The position numbers were made by a program, and so were the translations under genes. The notes under the pieces are model-generated. The model saw only the letters and a program-made list of their open reading frames with translations. It was not told where the DNA came from and did no database searches. A stretch of 64,000 nt of DNA. Source: Nannocystales bacterium. GTDB taxonomy: Bacteria > Myxococcota_A > Polyangia > Nannocystales > Nannocystaceae. The DNA is taken from NCBI GenBank assembly GCA_050633305.1, contig JBOEGF010000018.1, positions 384,001 through 448,000 of the forward strand, in the 5' to 3' direction. Positions 1 to 9,759 of this stretch are shown piece by piece (position 1 is the stretch's first letter; each line of letters starts with the position of its first letter).

Positions 1-1074
1 GTGCTCGAAGAGCTCGAGCAGAAACGCGAAGCCGAAGGCATGCCGATCGGCGCTCGCAACCGGGTCCAGCTGGCCATTCAAAGCCACGAGTCCGGGCGGC
101 AGGCTCGCTGGCGGCGCTGGGTCCCGGCTGCATCATTCGTTGCCGGGGCAGCCTTGGTGCTCGCGGTCGTCGGGAGTCGGTGGGCGGCACCCTCCGAGGA
201 TGCCGCCGTCTCGGGATCCGTAGCCTCGCTCGCGGTCTCGCGTCCCACACGTGCCGCGGTTGGAGCGTTCCACGTCGAAGGCCCCTCCGAGGACTGCCTC
301 GTTCGCGCGGCCGACGACGCGGCCGATCTCGCAGCGCATTGCAGCTTGGTCGCCCCCCACATGACCGTGCAGGCGTGGGAGGCCGCGACCGTACGCACCG
401 AAGGGCGCAACGTTCGTGTGCGATCTGGCAAGGTGCTGTTCGAGGTCGAGTCGGTTCCGCACGATGAGGCCCCGGTCGAAGTTGGGGTCAGTCACGGAAC
501 CATCGAAGTCGTTGGCACCCGGTTCGCGGTCGAGCAACAAGACGGCGGCGGCCATGTTGATCTTCTCGAGGGCAAGATCCGCTTTCATCACCCCGACGGT
601 CGTGTCGAAGACGTTCTGCCGGGCCAGCGGTTGTCGTGGGGGACGCCGGTTGTTGCGATGGCGGACGGTACGACTGAGGTCGAAACGTCGGATCTGCAGC
701 CCGCGGTCGCTGCAGCTGCCGAGGATTCCCCTCGGGGCGATGTCAGGGCGTCAGGCGCAAGTGCCGAGCCAGAACGTCGTCGTGCGCGTGGCCGGGGGAC
801 GGACGCCCAGGCCGCAGCGATCATCGAGCGCGTGACCGAACTACGCGCGAACAAGCGGTTTGGTGCGGCGATCACCGAGTTGAGGCGAGCGCTTCGACGT
901 AGCTGGGACGGACGCACAGCACAGGTCCTCAGCTACGAACTCGGAGAGCTGCTCCGAGCGGCCGAAGATCCGCTCGGCGCGTGCGACCACTTCGTTGCTC
1001 ACCAGCGCAAGTACCCGAACGGCCGCTACAAGTCGGCCGTCGATCGGGTGCTCGACCGACTCGAGTGCGACTAG
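1..1074 (+). CDS. FecR-domain anti-sigma-like membrane protein with C-terminal TPR-like helices (probably 5'-truncated by window edge)
   Basis: One TM (WVPAASFVAGAALVLAVV), FecR motif 'GTIEVVGTRFAVE...VDLLEGKI', C-terminal 'YELGELL...KYPNGRY' TPR-like end typical of myxobacterial FecR proteins. Confidence 0.8.
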   Translation: MLEELEQKREAEGMPIGARNRVQLAIQSHESGRQARWRRWVPAASFVAGAALVLAVVGSRWAAPSEDAAVSGSVASLAVSRPTRAAVGAFHVEGPSEDCLVRAADDAADLAAHCSLVAPHMTVQAWEAATVRTEGRNVRVRSGKVLFEVESVPHDEAPVEVGVSHGTIEVVGTRFAVEQQDGGGHVDLLEGKIRFHHPDGRVEDVLPGQRLSWGTPVVAMADGTTEVETSDLQPAVAAAAEDSPRGDVRASGASAEPERRRARGRGTDAQAAAIIERVTELRANKRFGAAITELRRALRRSWDGRTAQVLSYELGELLRAAEDPLGACDHFVAHQRKYPNGRYKSAVDRVLDRLECD

Positions 1075-1093
1075 CCCCCGAGTCCAGCCGGTC

Positions 1094-2275
1094 TCATTTC
1101 GCGGGCGCCAGCGGTTCGCGCAGCTCCCAGCACACCGAATTCTCCAGCGACTTTGGAAGCAGCGCAACCTTGCGTTTGCCGCCCTCGGTGTCGCCGATGA
1201 CGATGTGGGACGGACACTGGACCTCGTCAGCGCTGTGCGCGGTGGCGCTGAGCGTCGAGGCGTCGCACGGGACGCCCAAGTATTCTTCGCATTGCGCCTG
1301 GGCCAGTCCGCCGAGACGGTCGGCGCAAGCCGATGCGCCCGAGGTGGGCTTGGCCGAGTGCAGCACCAAAACCTGTCCCCCCATCACCGGGATTCCGTCG
1401 CGCCCGCTGTCGGCCACGTTCCGGTTCGCAGTTCGGAGAATCGCCTGCTCGCACTTGAGGTTCTGCTCGTCGAGTGTCTTGAGCAACACTGTCTCGCCCC
1501 GCACCTCGACGCTCACCTTTCCGTTGGAGAACTGCCCTTTGGGAATCTGCGCGGTGTTGATGGACCATCGGTTGCCGAAGACCGATGGGCAGAATGGGCC
1601 GGTGCCTTCGACCGGGTCGAGCTTTCCCCGGACCAGGCCTTCTTCGCTGAGCGTGACCGAACCGGTGCAGAGTGTTTCTCCGAACACGCCCTTGCGGACG
1701 ATCAGCTCGTTCGCCTTCGACTCGAACATCACCGCTTCCTCGAGCTCCAGCACCTCGTCGTTGCGCGTTTGGATGATCTGTTTGCCCTCCAGGCGCACCC
1801 CTTCCGCGACCGCGTATGGGTCTTTGCGGCCATACGACCCGGCCATGGTCTCTGGGACCGTGTCGACCAGAGACCAAGCCTCCCAGTCGCCCAGGAGGCT
1901 GGCCTCGCACTTGCTGTCGCTGTCCATCTTGAACATGGTCAGCAGCAGACGTGTGCCGTGCCGGTCGATCGTGCCTTTGCATTTCTTCGGGTCGTCGGTG
2001 CCAGCATCTTTCGCCCAGCGGAGTTCGGCCTCATCGATCTGGTACGAGCCGTTGGCTAATTCCTTGCCCGCGACGATCTTGACCGTGAGCTCAGAGTACC
2101 GAAGCGTGTCGACGTCGACCTCCAAGCCCAGCGTTGGCAGGAACGCATCGACCTCGGTCCGTCCGTACGCGCCGCGCAGAGCTTCCGGAATCGGAGCGGA
2201 ACCGGCCGTCTTGTTGTCGCAAGCGGGCGCGCTGAGCAGGAGCGCGACCAGGGAGATCGTGGCTTGGCGGATCAT
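1094..2275 (-). CDS. Hypothetical lipoprotein with internally repeated beta-rich domains
   Basis: Signal/lipobox MIRQATISLVALLLSAPAC; start overlaps upstream stop (ATGA, 2272-2275); repeats PEALRGAYGR / PETMAGSYGR. Confidence 0.7.
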   Translation of the reverse strand: MIRQATISLVALLLSAPACDNKTAGSAPIPEALRGAYGRTEVDAFLPTLGLEVDVDTLRYSELTVKIVAGKELANGSYQIDEAELRWAKDAGTDDPKKCKGTIDRHGTRLLLTMFKMDSDSKCEASLLGDWEAWSLVDTVPETMAGSYGRKDPYAVAEGVRLEGKQIIQTRNDEVLELEEAVMFESKANELIVRKGVFGETLCTGSVTLSEEGLVRGKLDPVEGTGPFCPSVFGNRWSINTAQIPKGQFSNGKVSVEVRGETVLLKTLDEQNLKCEQAILRTANRNVADSGRDGIPVMGGQVLVLHSAKPTSGASACADRLGGLAQAQCEEYLGVPCDASTLSATAHSADEVQCPSHIVIGDTEGGKRKVALLPKSLENSVCWELREPLAPAK

Positions 2276-2667
2276 TTGTAGTCGGTCAGATGTCGGCGGC
2301 GGCCACGAGGGTTCTCGCGTTCTCGACGCTCGGCGCAGGCGATGCAGAGTGTGGACCACGGCATCAGCTCCAAGCGTCGTCGCTTGATCTCCTTGCTGCA
2401 GTCCTCGCAGTGACCGTACTCGTCGGGGTCCTCCGCGATCACGTCCAGGGCTTCGAGGATCGCCTCGAGTTGCCGGGTCCGTGTCACGTTCCGCTTGGAT
2501 GCGATGATCTGATTCATCTCGGCCAGCGGTGCGGCGTCCTCGTCCACCCGCCGCGCTGTGTCAGCGCTGGAGTTTTCGGGGACCACCTCCACATCTCCCT
2601 CGGCCCGCAGCTCGGCCTGACGGCTCAAGAGCAGGGCTTTGAAAAACTCGACATCTTTCGGGGTCAC
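2272..2667 (-). CDS. TraR/DksA C4-type zinc finger protein
   Basis: YGHCEDC...RRLELMPWSTLCIAC C4 zinc finger preceded by a coiled coil; GTG start at 2667 chosen. Confidence 0.9.
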   Translation of the reverse strand: MTPKDVEFFKALLLSRQAELRAEGDVEVVPENSSADTARRVDEDAAPLAEMNQIIASKRNVTRTRQLEAILEALDVIAEDPDEYGHCEDCSKEIKRRRLELMPWSTLCIACAERRERENPRGRRRHLTDYK

Positions 2668-2760
2668 TGCCGCCACAGCATCGCCCAAGCTGGGGGGTGA
2701 TGGAAGTGCCCCGTCGCGAAGCCGCGCCGATGCCGGAGCATGGGCGCGGGGGACCTTGGC

Positions 2761-3591
2761 TCAGTCGCGACGGCGACGGCTCGCGAACAGGCCCAGTCCG
2801 AACAGGATCCCAAGCGCTCCCCAGGTTCCACCTCGGCTTCCCGGGGAGACGGCGCAGGCTGCCTCGCCGTCGAAGAGTCCCGAGAGGTCGACCGTTTGTT
2901 CGACCCGGATGCCCTCCGCCTCGAGGGCATCGATGCAGCCGTCGAGGTTGTCGCCGTGGTCGATGTACTGGCCGTCGCAGAACAATGTGCCGCTGGTCGA
3001 ACACTTGCTCGCGCATTCGTTGGCGAAGCTCTCCTGGCAGGCCGTGTATCCCTCGGACTGGCAGGAGATCTGGCAGTCGAGGTTGACCTCTGCGGTGCAG
3101 GAACCGCCGCAGCAACCTTCGCACTGAGCGACACAGTCGGCGTCTGGGGCCTGGACGTCGCAGCTGCCGTCGCACTCGGCCGAGCAGGTCGACTCGCACG
3201 AGGCTCGGCACTCGGTCTCATCATCGGCGCCAGAGCAGGAGGCTTCGCAACTTCCTTCGCAGTCGAGCTGGCAGGATGCCGAGCAGTCGAAGGCTGCGGG
3301 GTTGGCCGAGCACTCCGCTTCGCAGGAGGGACGACAGTCGTTGGTACACTCGATGTCCGCATCGAAGTCGCAGGTGCCTGAGCAGGCCGCCTGTAGATCC
3401 GCCGCACACGCGCTCAGGGCGGCATCGAGGTCGCAACTGCCTTCGCAGGTCGCCTCGAACCGAAGCTCACACTCCGCGCCGCGTTCGATGTGCGCCCCGC
3501 CACACTCGTCGATTCCTGCTTTTGCGTCGGTGCTGGCAAGAAGTGCGGCTCCCAGGGCAAGGCCCATCATGCTGTGTCGGATCAAGTTCAT
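2761..3591 (-). CDS. Cys-rich secreted protein with MYXO-CTERM sorting signal
   Basis: Signal peptide, many CxxxC repeats, C-terminal 'ACAV...WGALGILFGLGLFASRRRRD' (Cys, hydrophobic helix, Arg cluster). Confidence 0.85.
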   Translation of the reverse strand: MNLIRHSMMGLALGAALLASTDAKAGIDECGGAHIERGAECELRFEATCEGSCDLDAALSACAADLQAACSGTCDFDADIECTNDCRPSCEAECSANPAAFDCSASCQLDCEGSCEASCSGADDETECRASCESTCSAECDGSCDVQAPDADCVAQCEGCCGGSCTAEVNLDCQISCQSEGYTACQESFANECASKCSTSGTLFCDGQYIDHGDNLDGCIDALEAEGIRVEQTVDLSGLFDGEAACAVSPGSRGGTWGALGILFGLGLFASRRRRD

Positions 3592-3859
3592 GTCGTGTCC
3601 TCCGGGGCGCGTGGAAGGGCCCCTGGTGGTTCGTGGCCACTACGGCCCTGATTTCGTGAGCGGGTTGTCGAATCGTTCGGTTTCCCGTTGTGGACGGGAG
3701 AAGTACACGAACCGTGCCGACACGCGTACCAGCCTGTTTTCGGGGGATCGCTGGGCTCTACCGTTGCAGTCCGCAGCACCCGCGCCGCGGACCACGACAT
3801 CGCCGACAGGAGATCCCGCCGGCTGGCCATGGGCTGGCTGCGCGGCATACGATGCGTGG

Positions 3860-4591
3860 GTGGGACGGGGCCAGATCGGAGGCATCGCGGCGCTGGCAGT
3901 CGCGGCTTGGCTTGCGACGCCTGCGGTTGCGGAGGCGGCCGAGGATCGTCGAGGACGCCCCTGGGCTGAGGGAACGGTGGTGCCCACCTTTGGGCTTGGG
4001 TTCGGCTACAGCCAGGACCTCGTATCGCTGAGCTTTGGACTCGGAGGGAGCTACTTCATCGCCGATGGGTTCTCGTTGGGACTCCAGGTCGATGACGAAG
4101 TTCTTCTGTACTCCAAGTCGCTCAAGGGCGATCTCCCGGACCTCGAGAATCAGATCCCGACCAACGTCTTTAGTCTGACTCCGATTGCCCAGTGGGTTTT
4201 CGTTCGCCGGCCTCGATTCTCGCCGTACGTGTTCGCGGGGATCGGTCCCGTGTTCTTCAACAACGACAACGGGGTTTTCGGCCACTGGACCGCTGGGCCA
4301 GGGGCGTACATCGGTGTGGGCGGTCCGGTGTCGATTGACCTGGGGGTCGCGTTCTCGGGTCTCTTTCCGACCGGGCAGTGCAACGACTCGTTCGAGTACC
4401 AGCCCTCTGCGACCGGCGCGGACCCGGTTCCGGTCTTGGACTATTGCTCGTTCCGATGGGGGCCACGTTTGGGCATCGTTCTCGCGCTCGGGGGGTCGAA
4501 GCGAGAAGCTCGCGAGGGGGAGAAGCCTGCCGACCCGTTCCTCCCGCCGGCCGAGGGAAGCTCCGACGGCCAGCCCGCGGCGACGGACTGA
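3860..4591 (+). CDS. Outer-membrane beta-barrel (OmpA/OmpW-like) protein
   Basis: Signal peptide ending AEA; alternating strands, 'RFSPYVFAGIG'; GTG start inferred inside ORF 3302..4591. Confidence 0.65.
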   Translation: MGRGQIGGIAALAVAAWLATPAVAEAAEDRRGRPWAEGTVVPTFGLGFGYSQDLVSLSFGLGGSYFIADGFSLGLQVDDEVLLYSKSLKGDLPDLENQIPTNVFSLTPIAQWVFVRRPRFSPYVFAGIGPVFFNNDNGVFGHWTAGPGAYIGVGGPVSIDLGVAFSGLFPTGQCNDSFEYQPSATGADPVPVLDYCSFRWGPRLGIVLALGGSKREAREGEKPADPFLPPAEGSSDGQPAATD

Positions 4592-4896
4592 CGCGTCCTG
4601 CGCGTGCCGATTCGAAGAAGTTTCGGTGACGGTGCGACAACGGCCCGACCATCTCGTCTGTAGGGGTGGAGTCACGACGGATGTGAAGTCGGGACGAAAC
4701 CGCCGCAATACGAATAGAGTGAGGTCTGGGTCGTCTGACCTAGAGCCGCATGAATTGGCCGACGCGCATTGATGGCGCGAGACCGAGCATGCGCCGCACT
4801 GACAGTGTCCCGCCTGGGTCGATGTCTATGCCGCCGATTGGCGTCTGAGCCTCGGCAGTGCCACAATTACCCACACCGCCTACACAGGTTGAAATC

Positions 4897-6390
4897 ATGA
4901 AACGCTCTTTCGCCCTCCTCACTCTCTCCGCCCTTGGTCTCGCGAGCTGCAACTCCGCGTCCGCCGAGGAAGCCGGAATGGGGATGCGCGATTCCGATCG
5001 CATGATTCACCAGGAGGTCGTCTCTGCGTCCCTCTACGGTGAGCCGGACGGGGAATTTGACTCCGCGCTCAGCGACGAGCCCGACGATTTCGAGGACGAG
5101 GCTTCGCCGTCCAGCGAGCGCTTGGCCGACGAGCCCGCCGTGCTCGAGCCTCTGGCCGAGGCCGAAGCCGCGGTGGAGCTGGAGGCGGAGCCGGAGCCCA
5201 TTGCTCGGCGCATCGCTCGGCAGAAGCTCACGATCTTCGCCAAGCCCACCGATTCTGCGCCGATTCGCGGCCGCATCCCGACGGCGGCAGCGTTCGATGT
5301 CTTCGGCTACGTGGATGGGCCGGGGTGTGACGGCGAACTCGGATGGGCCGACCTCGGACACCACGGCTTCGCCTGCATGGACGACACCCGCAACGGCGAG
5401 GGCGCCATCGCGTACGCCCAGCCAAAAATGCGAGCCGAGCTGACACCCTTTTATTACGCCAAGGTGAAGGTCGGGCACGACGCACCTCGCTACCGAAATC
5501 TTCGGGCGCTCAACGCAGGTGCGGATCCCATCGACACCCTCAAAGAAGGGGTCGACTACGCGTTCGTCGTCCGACGTCGATCGAAGGGACAGCTTGTTCT
5601 CATCGACGACCAACGCCGTGTCGTGCGAGAGCAAGACGTCCGGCGGTTTCGGCCCAGCCGCTTCGAAGGTCGAGACCTCGAGGCGGAGCCCGTGCCGGAG
5701 GGCAAGGTGTTGGCTTGGGTCTCCAACTGGCCCAAAGCGCCCGCCTACAGCCGCGCCAGCACGTCATCCGAGCTGGCGACGAACGTCACCTATCACGACC
5801 AACTCCTCGTTGAGCCAGCCGACACCGACGGCTGGTACAAGCTCGACGACGGGAGTTTCATCTCCACGGACGACGTTCGGGTCTTCTCGACACCGACCGA
5901 TCGCCCCGATGGGGTGACCGAGGGGGAAATCTGGGTCGATATCGATCTCGAGCAGCAGGTCCTCTCCGTCATGTTGGGGGATGCTGCGATCTACACCACG
6001 CTCGTCTCCTCTGGCCTCAAGAGTCCCACTCCTCGTGGGCTGTTCCGCATCCACAACAAGCGTGCGGTCGGTTCGATGAGCAGCGCCCCGGGGGCCGACG
6101 ACTTCTACAGTGTGCAGGCGGTTCCCCATGTGCAGTACTTCCTGGGCAGCTTTGCGCTGCACAGCGCCTACTGGCACGATGGATTCGGCCGCCCCATCAG
6201 CCACGGCTGCGTGAATCTCAGCCCCAAGGATGCCAAGCACGTGTTCTCGCTGACCACGCCGAGCCTGCCGATGGGCTGGCTGCACGGGTACGAATCGACG
6301 GAACACCTCGGCACGACGATCCGCGTCCGCATGGGCGACGCTCCGGTCCGTGACCGTCGCGGTGAGGTCGAGCCGATCTTCGGGCGGTAG
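4897..6390 (+). CDS. L,D-transpeptidase (YkuD family) lipoprotein
   Basis: Lipobox LASC; 'IDLEQQ', 'VSSG..TPRG', catalytic 'ALHSAYW...SHGCVNL'. Confidence 0.92.
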   Translation: MKRSFALLTLSALGLASCNSASAEEAGMGMRDSDRMIHQEVVSASLYGEPDGEFDSALSDEPDDFEDEASPSSERLADEPAVLEPLAEAEAAVELEAEPEPIARRIARQKLTIFAKPTDSAPIRGRIPTAAAFDVFGYVDGPGCDGELGWADLGHHGFACMDDTRNGEGAIAYAQPKMRAELTPFYYAKVKVGHDAPRYRNLRALNAGADPIDTLKEGVDYAFVVRRRSKGQLVLIDDQRRVVREQDVRRFRPSRFEGRDLEAEPVPEGKVLAWVSNWPKAPAYSRASTSSELATNVTYHDQLLVEPADTDGWYKLDDGSFISTDDVRVFSTPTDRPDGVTEGEIWVDIDLEQQVLSVMLGDAAIYTTLVSSGLKSPTPRGLFRIHNKRAVGSMSSAPGADDFYSVQAVPHVQYFLGSFALHSAYWHDGFGRPISHGCVNLSPKDAKHVFSLTTPSLPMGWLHGYESTEHLGTTIRVRMGDAPVRDRRGEVEPIFGR

Positions 6391-6528
6391 AAAGCGTTCT
6401 CTGGCCTACGTCCAGCCGGCCACGAGTTTGAGCTGGCCGGGCTCGGGCGGAGGTTTCGCCGGGATGCGTGAGTGGGGGCACGGCTGAGCCGTTGCACAGT
6501 GCGGGGTGCATCGGGTCTGCTCTCTCTC

Positions 6529-8706
6529 ATGCGCGCGTTTCGAGCTGTTCTGATCTGCTCCGTGTTGGCCACGGGCTGCGACTCCGCCAACAAGCCGGCC
6601 ACTGAGGCCAAGCCGACCCCGGCGGCGAAGGCCAAGACCCCCGCTGGCAAGCCTGGCGCCGACGCTCCGAAACCGGACGGTATCAAGGACGCGCCCGCCA
6701 AGCCGGATGCGGAGCAGCCCGCCGGGGAGGTGAAGGCGGACGAGTTCAAGTACTTCGCCGAGCAAGTCGCCGACCTCCGGATCCTGCGGTACCAGGTGCC
6801 GGGTTTCGAGGCGCTTCCGGTGAAGCAGAAGAAACTCGTCTACTTCTTGTCTCAGGCGGCGCTCGCCGGTCGCGACATCATCTGGGACCAGAAGTACCGC
6901 CACAACCTCGCCATCCGTCGGACGCTCGAGGCGGTCATGACGGGCAGCAAGACCGACAAGACCAGCGAAGACTGGAAGAAGCTGGTCGAGTACACGAAGC
7001 GGGTCTGGTTCAGCAACGGCATCCACCACCACTACTCGAACAAGAAAATGGTGCCGGAGTTCTCCAAGGAGTTCTTCGCCGAGGCCGTCAAGGCTGTCGA
7101 CAGCTCGTCTCTCCCGCTCGCCGAGGGCGAGGATGTCGATGCGCTGCTCGCCAAGCTCGAGCCCGTCATGTTTGACCCCAAAGTCGACGCCAAAGCGGTC
7201 AACCTCGATCCCAACGCGGATCTCGTCGCGTCATCGGCCACCAACTTCTACGGCCCGGACGTCACCCAGAAGGACGTGGAGAAGTTCTACGACAAGATGA
7301 AGGCTGCGGATCCGAAGCGGCCTGTTTCGCTGGGTCTCAACAGCCAGCTCGCCAAGGTCGATGGAAAGCTCGTCGAGCGCCCTTGGAAGGTCGATGGCAT
7401 GTACGGGCCCGCGATCAAGGAGATTGTCGGCTGGCTGAAGAAAGCCGTGGAGGTTGCCGAGAACGAGCCTCAGAAGAAGGCGCTCGAGGAGCTTGTCGCC
7501 TACTACGAGACCGGGGACCTCGCGACGTTCGATGCGTACTCGGTCGCTTGGGTCGCGGACACGGAGTCTCGCGTCGACGTCGTCAACGGGTTCATCGAGG
7601 TCTACGGAGACCCGATGGGCTACCGCGGTGCCTTCGAATCGGTGGTCAGCATCCGGGACCTCGAGGCGTCCAAGCGGATCGAGACCATCTCGAAATCGGC
7701 GCAGTGGTTCGAAGACAACTCCTCGATCCCCGACGAGTACAAGAAGGAGTCGGTCAAAGGGATCTCCGCCAAGGTCATCACCGTTGTGACCGAGGCGGGG
7801 GACGCCGCTCCGTCCACACCGATTGGAATCAACCTGCCCAACGCCAACTGGATTCGCGCCGAGCACGGCTCCAAGTCGGTCAACTTGGGCAACATCGTCC
7901 ACGCGTACGACAGCAGCAGCAAGTCCAGCGGGGTCCTGGAGGAGTTCTCGTTCTCGGATGAAGAAGTCGCCCGGACCAAGAAGTGGGGCAACTACGCCGA
8001 CACGCTTCACACCGACATGCACGAGGTCATCGGCCACGCTTCGGGCAAGATCAAGGAAGGCGTCGGAACTCCGAAAGAGACGCTCAAGAACTACAGCTCG
8101 ACTCTCGAGGAAGCGCGGGCGGACCTGGTGGCGCTGTACTTCCTGTTGGACCCCAAGCTCATCGAGATCGGTGTGATGGAGGATCTCGACACCGGGCGTG
8201 CGGCCTACGACGACTACATCCGCAACGGGTTGATGGTGCAGCTCTCGCGGCTCGAGCTCGGTGAACACCTCGAGGAGGCCCACATGCGCAACCGCCAGAT
8301 GATTGCGAAGTGGGTGTTCGAGAAGGGGAAGGCCGACAATGTCGTGGAGCAGAAGGAAAAGGACGGCAAGACGTACTTCGTCGTCAACGACTACGAGAAG
8401 CTGCGCGGACTCTTTGGTGAGCTTCTTTCCGAAGTCCAGCGGGTCAAGTCGGAGGGGGACTACAAAGCTGGCAAGGCGCTCGTCGAGACCTACGGCGTGA
8501 AGGTCGACGCCAAGATCCACGCAGAAGTGAAGAAGCGCTACGAGGCGCTGAAGATCGCGCCGTATGGCGGGTTCATTCAGCCGAAGCTGGTGCCGGTCAT
8601 GAACGGGGATGAGATCACCGACGTGAAGATCGAGTACCCCGACGACTTCACCACGCAGATGCTCGAGTACGCCGAGACGTACTCGTTCCTTCCAACGGTC
8701 AACTGA
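6529..8706 (+). CDS. Dipeptidyl peptidase III (peptidase M49), lipoprotein
   Basis: HEVIGH hexapeptide zinc motif, EEARAD motif, GINLPN; lipobox LATGC. Confidence 0.92.
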   Translation: MRAFRAVLICSVLATGCDSANKPATEAKPTPAAKAKTPAGKPGADAPKPDGIKDAPAKPDAEQPAGEVKADEFKYFAEQVADLRILRYQVPGFEALPVKQKKLVYFLSQAALAGRDIIWDQKYRHNLAIRRTLEAVMTGSKTDKTSEDWKKLVEYTKRVWFSNGIHHHYSNKKMVPEFSKEFFAEAVKAVDSSSLPLAEGEDVDALLAKLEPVMFDPKVDAKAVNLDPNADLVASSATNFYGPDVTQKDVEKFYDKMKAADPKRPVSLGLNSQLAKVDGKLVERPWKVDGMYGPAIKEIVGWLKKAVEVAENEPQKKALEELVAYYETGDLATFDAYSVAWVADTESRVDVVNGFIEVYGDPMGYRGAFESVVSIRDLEASKRIETISKSAQWFEDNSSIPDEYKKESVKGISAKVITVVTEAGDAAPSTPIGINLPNANWIRAEHGSKSVNLGNIVHAYDSSSKSSGVLEEFSFSDEEVARTKKWGNYADTLHTDMHEVIGHASGKIKEGVGTPKETLKNYSSTLEEARADLVALYFLLDPKLIEIGVMEDLDTGRAAYDDYIRNGLMVQLSRLELGEHLEEAHMRNRQMIAKWVFEKGKADNVVEQKEKDGKTYFVVNDYEKLRGLFGELLSEVQRVKSEGDYKAGKALVETYGVKVDAKIHAEVKKRYEALKIAPYGGFIQPKLVPVMNGDEITDVKIEYPDDFTTQMLEYAETYSFLPTVN

Positions 8707-8709
8707 TCG

Positions 8710-9711
8710 TCAGTACGTCAGGTGGAGCTCGCTGCAGCGCAGCTCCACCTGAATCACGAAGGAGTTGGTCCGTGTCCTCAGGCCCATGGCGACCGTTCCT
8801 GCCGGACACGTCAGGGGACCGAAGGTACCTCCGCCCCCCCCGCCTTGGAGCGTCTCGAACTCGACGTTGGGGCTGGGGTCGAGTTCGTACGCGCCGGGGT
8901 CACCGATCGTGTCGATGCTTGCGCACTGAATCTGCAGCCCGTCGATGACGGTGCCCGAGCCGCCCCGTACGCCGACGATGACCTCGTCGCCGCTACACTC
9001 CGTGCTCCACGCGCCGCCACCATTGAACCCCCCGTGTTCGGGCAGCTCTGTGGCGGGGCCGCCGGTCGCGAACTCGGGCGGGTCGGTGTTGGTCAGCGCG
9101 GCAGGCCGGCACACGCCCCCGATGACCCCGAGCCAAGGCTCAGAGGTCAGGTCGCCCTGCAGTCCGACGAGGACTTCACCCGCCGGGCACTCGTCGGAGT
9201 TGTTGTCGATGCCCGTGTTGTCGCTTCCGCCGCCGAGGCCACTGGTGACGATCGCGCCGTATCCGATCCCGGTGGGACCCTCGACGCAGTTGCTGGTACA
9301 GCCGTCGAGCTCGTCGTCGTTGCCATCGTCGCAGTCCTCGCCATCTTGGGTGCGACTGTCTCCGCAGGTGGTCGATGGGTCACCGGTGCTCGAGTCGTCG
9401 GTCGGGTCCGGCCCGCTCGAAGCGTTCCCCGTGGATTCGGCCGGGCCGGACGAGCCCTCGGAGGTCGTCCCGCGGCCAGTGGGGTCGACCGTGGTGTCCG
9501 CGTCCGTTGTGGACTCTGGCGCGCCGCTCGTGCCGCTGGCGCCGGAGGTGGGGCTCGTCTCGCTGTCGGCCCCTGTTGGCACCGGGGTCTGCTCGGTCTC
9601 GGCCGCCGAAGTGCCCTCGGTGTCCGCCTGTGGATCCTCATCCTCGGCAGCCACGAACGTGCTGCACCCTCCCAACACCATCACGGCCCCGAACAACGCA
9701 ACCCGATCCAC
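8710..9711 (-). CDS. Lipoprotein with Ser/Thr linker, myxobacterial Cys-rich repeat and 3-fold beta-prism-like C-terminal domain
   Basis: LGGC lipobox; CGD...EDCDDGN...DGCTSNC; three repeats CPAGEVLVGLQG / CSGDEVIVGVRG / CPAGTVAMGLRT. Confidence 0.75.
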   Translation of the reverse strand: MDRVALFGAVMVLGGCSTFVAAEDEDPQADTEGTSAAETEQTPVPTGADSETSPTSGASGTSGAPESTTDADTTVDPTGRGTTSEGSSGPAESTGNASSGPDPTDDSSTGDPSTTCGDSRTQDGEDCDDGNDDELDGCTSNCVEGPTGIGYGAIVTSGLGGGSDNTGIDNNSDECPAGEVLVGLQGDLTSEPWLGVIGGVCRPAALTNTDPPEFATGGPATELPEHGGFNGGGAWSTECSGDEVIVGVRGGSGTVIDGLQIQCASIDTIGDPGAYELDPSPNVEFETLQGGGGGGTFGPLTCPAGTVAMGLRTRTNSFVIQVELRCSELHLTY

Positions 9712-9759
9712 GGGTGCATTCTATCACGCTCGTCGCCCCCGAAAGGGGGGCAGGGTGGC

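Noticed and set aside
4678..4702. Hammerhead-like GTC-GG-GAC-GAAAC in the long intergenic region
   Set aside because: Lacks the CTGANGA core
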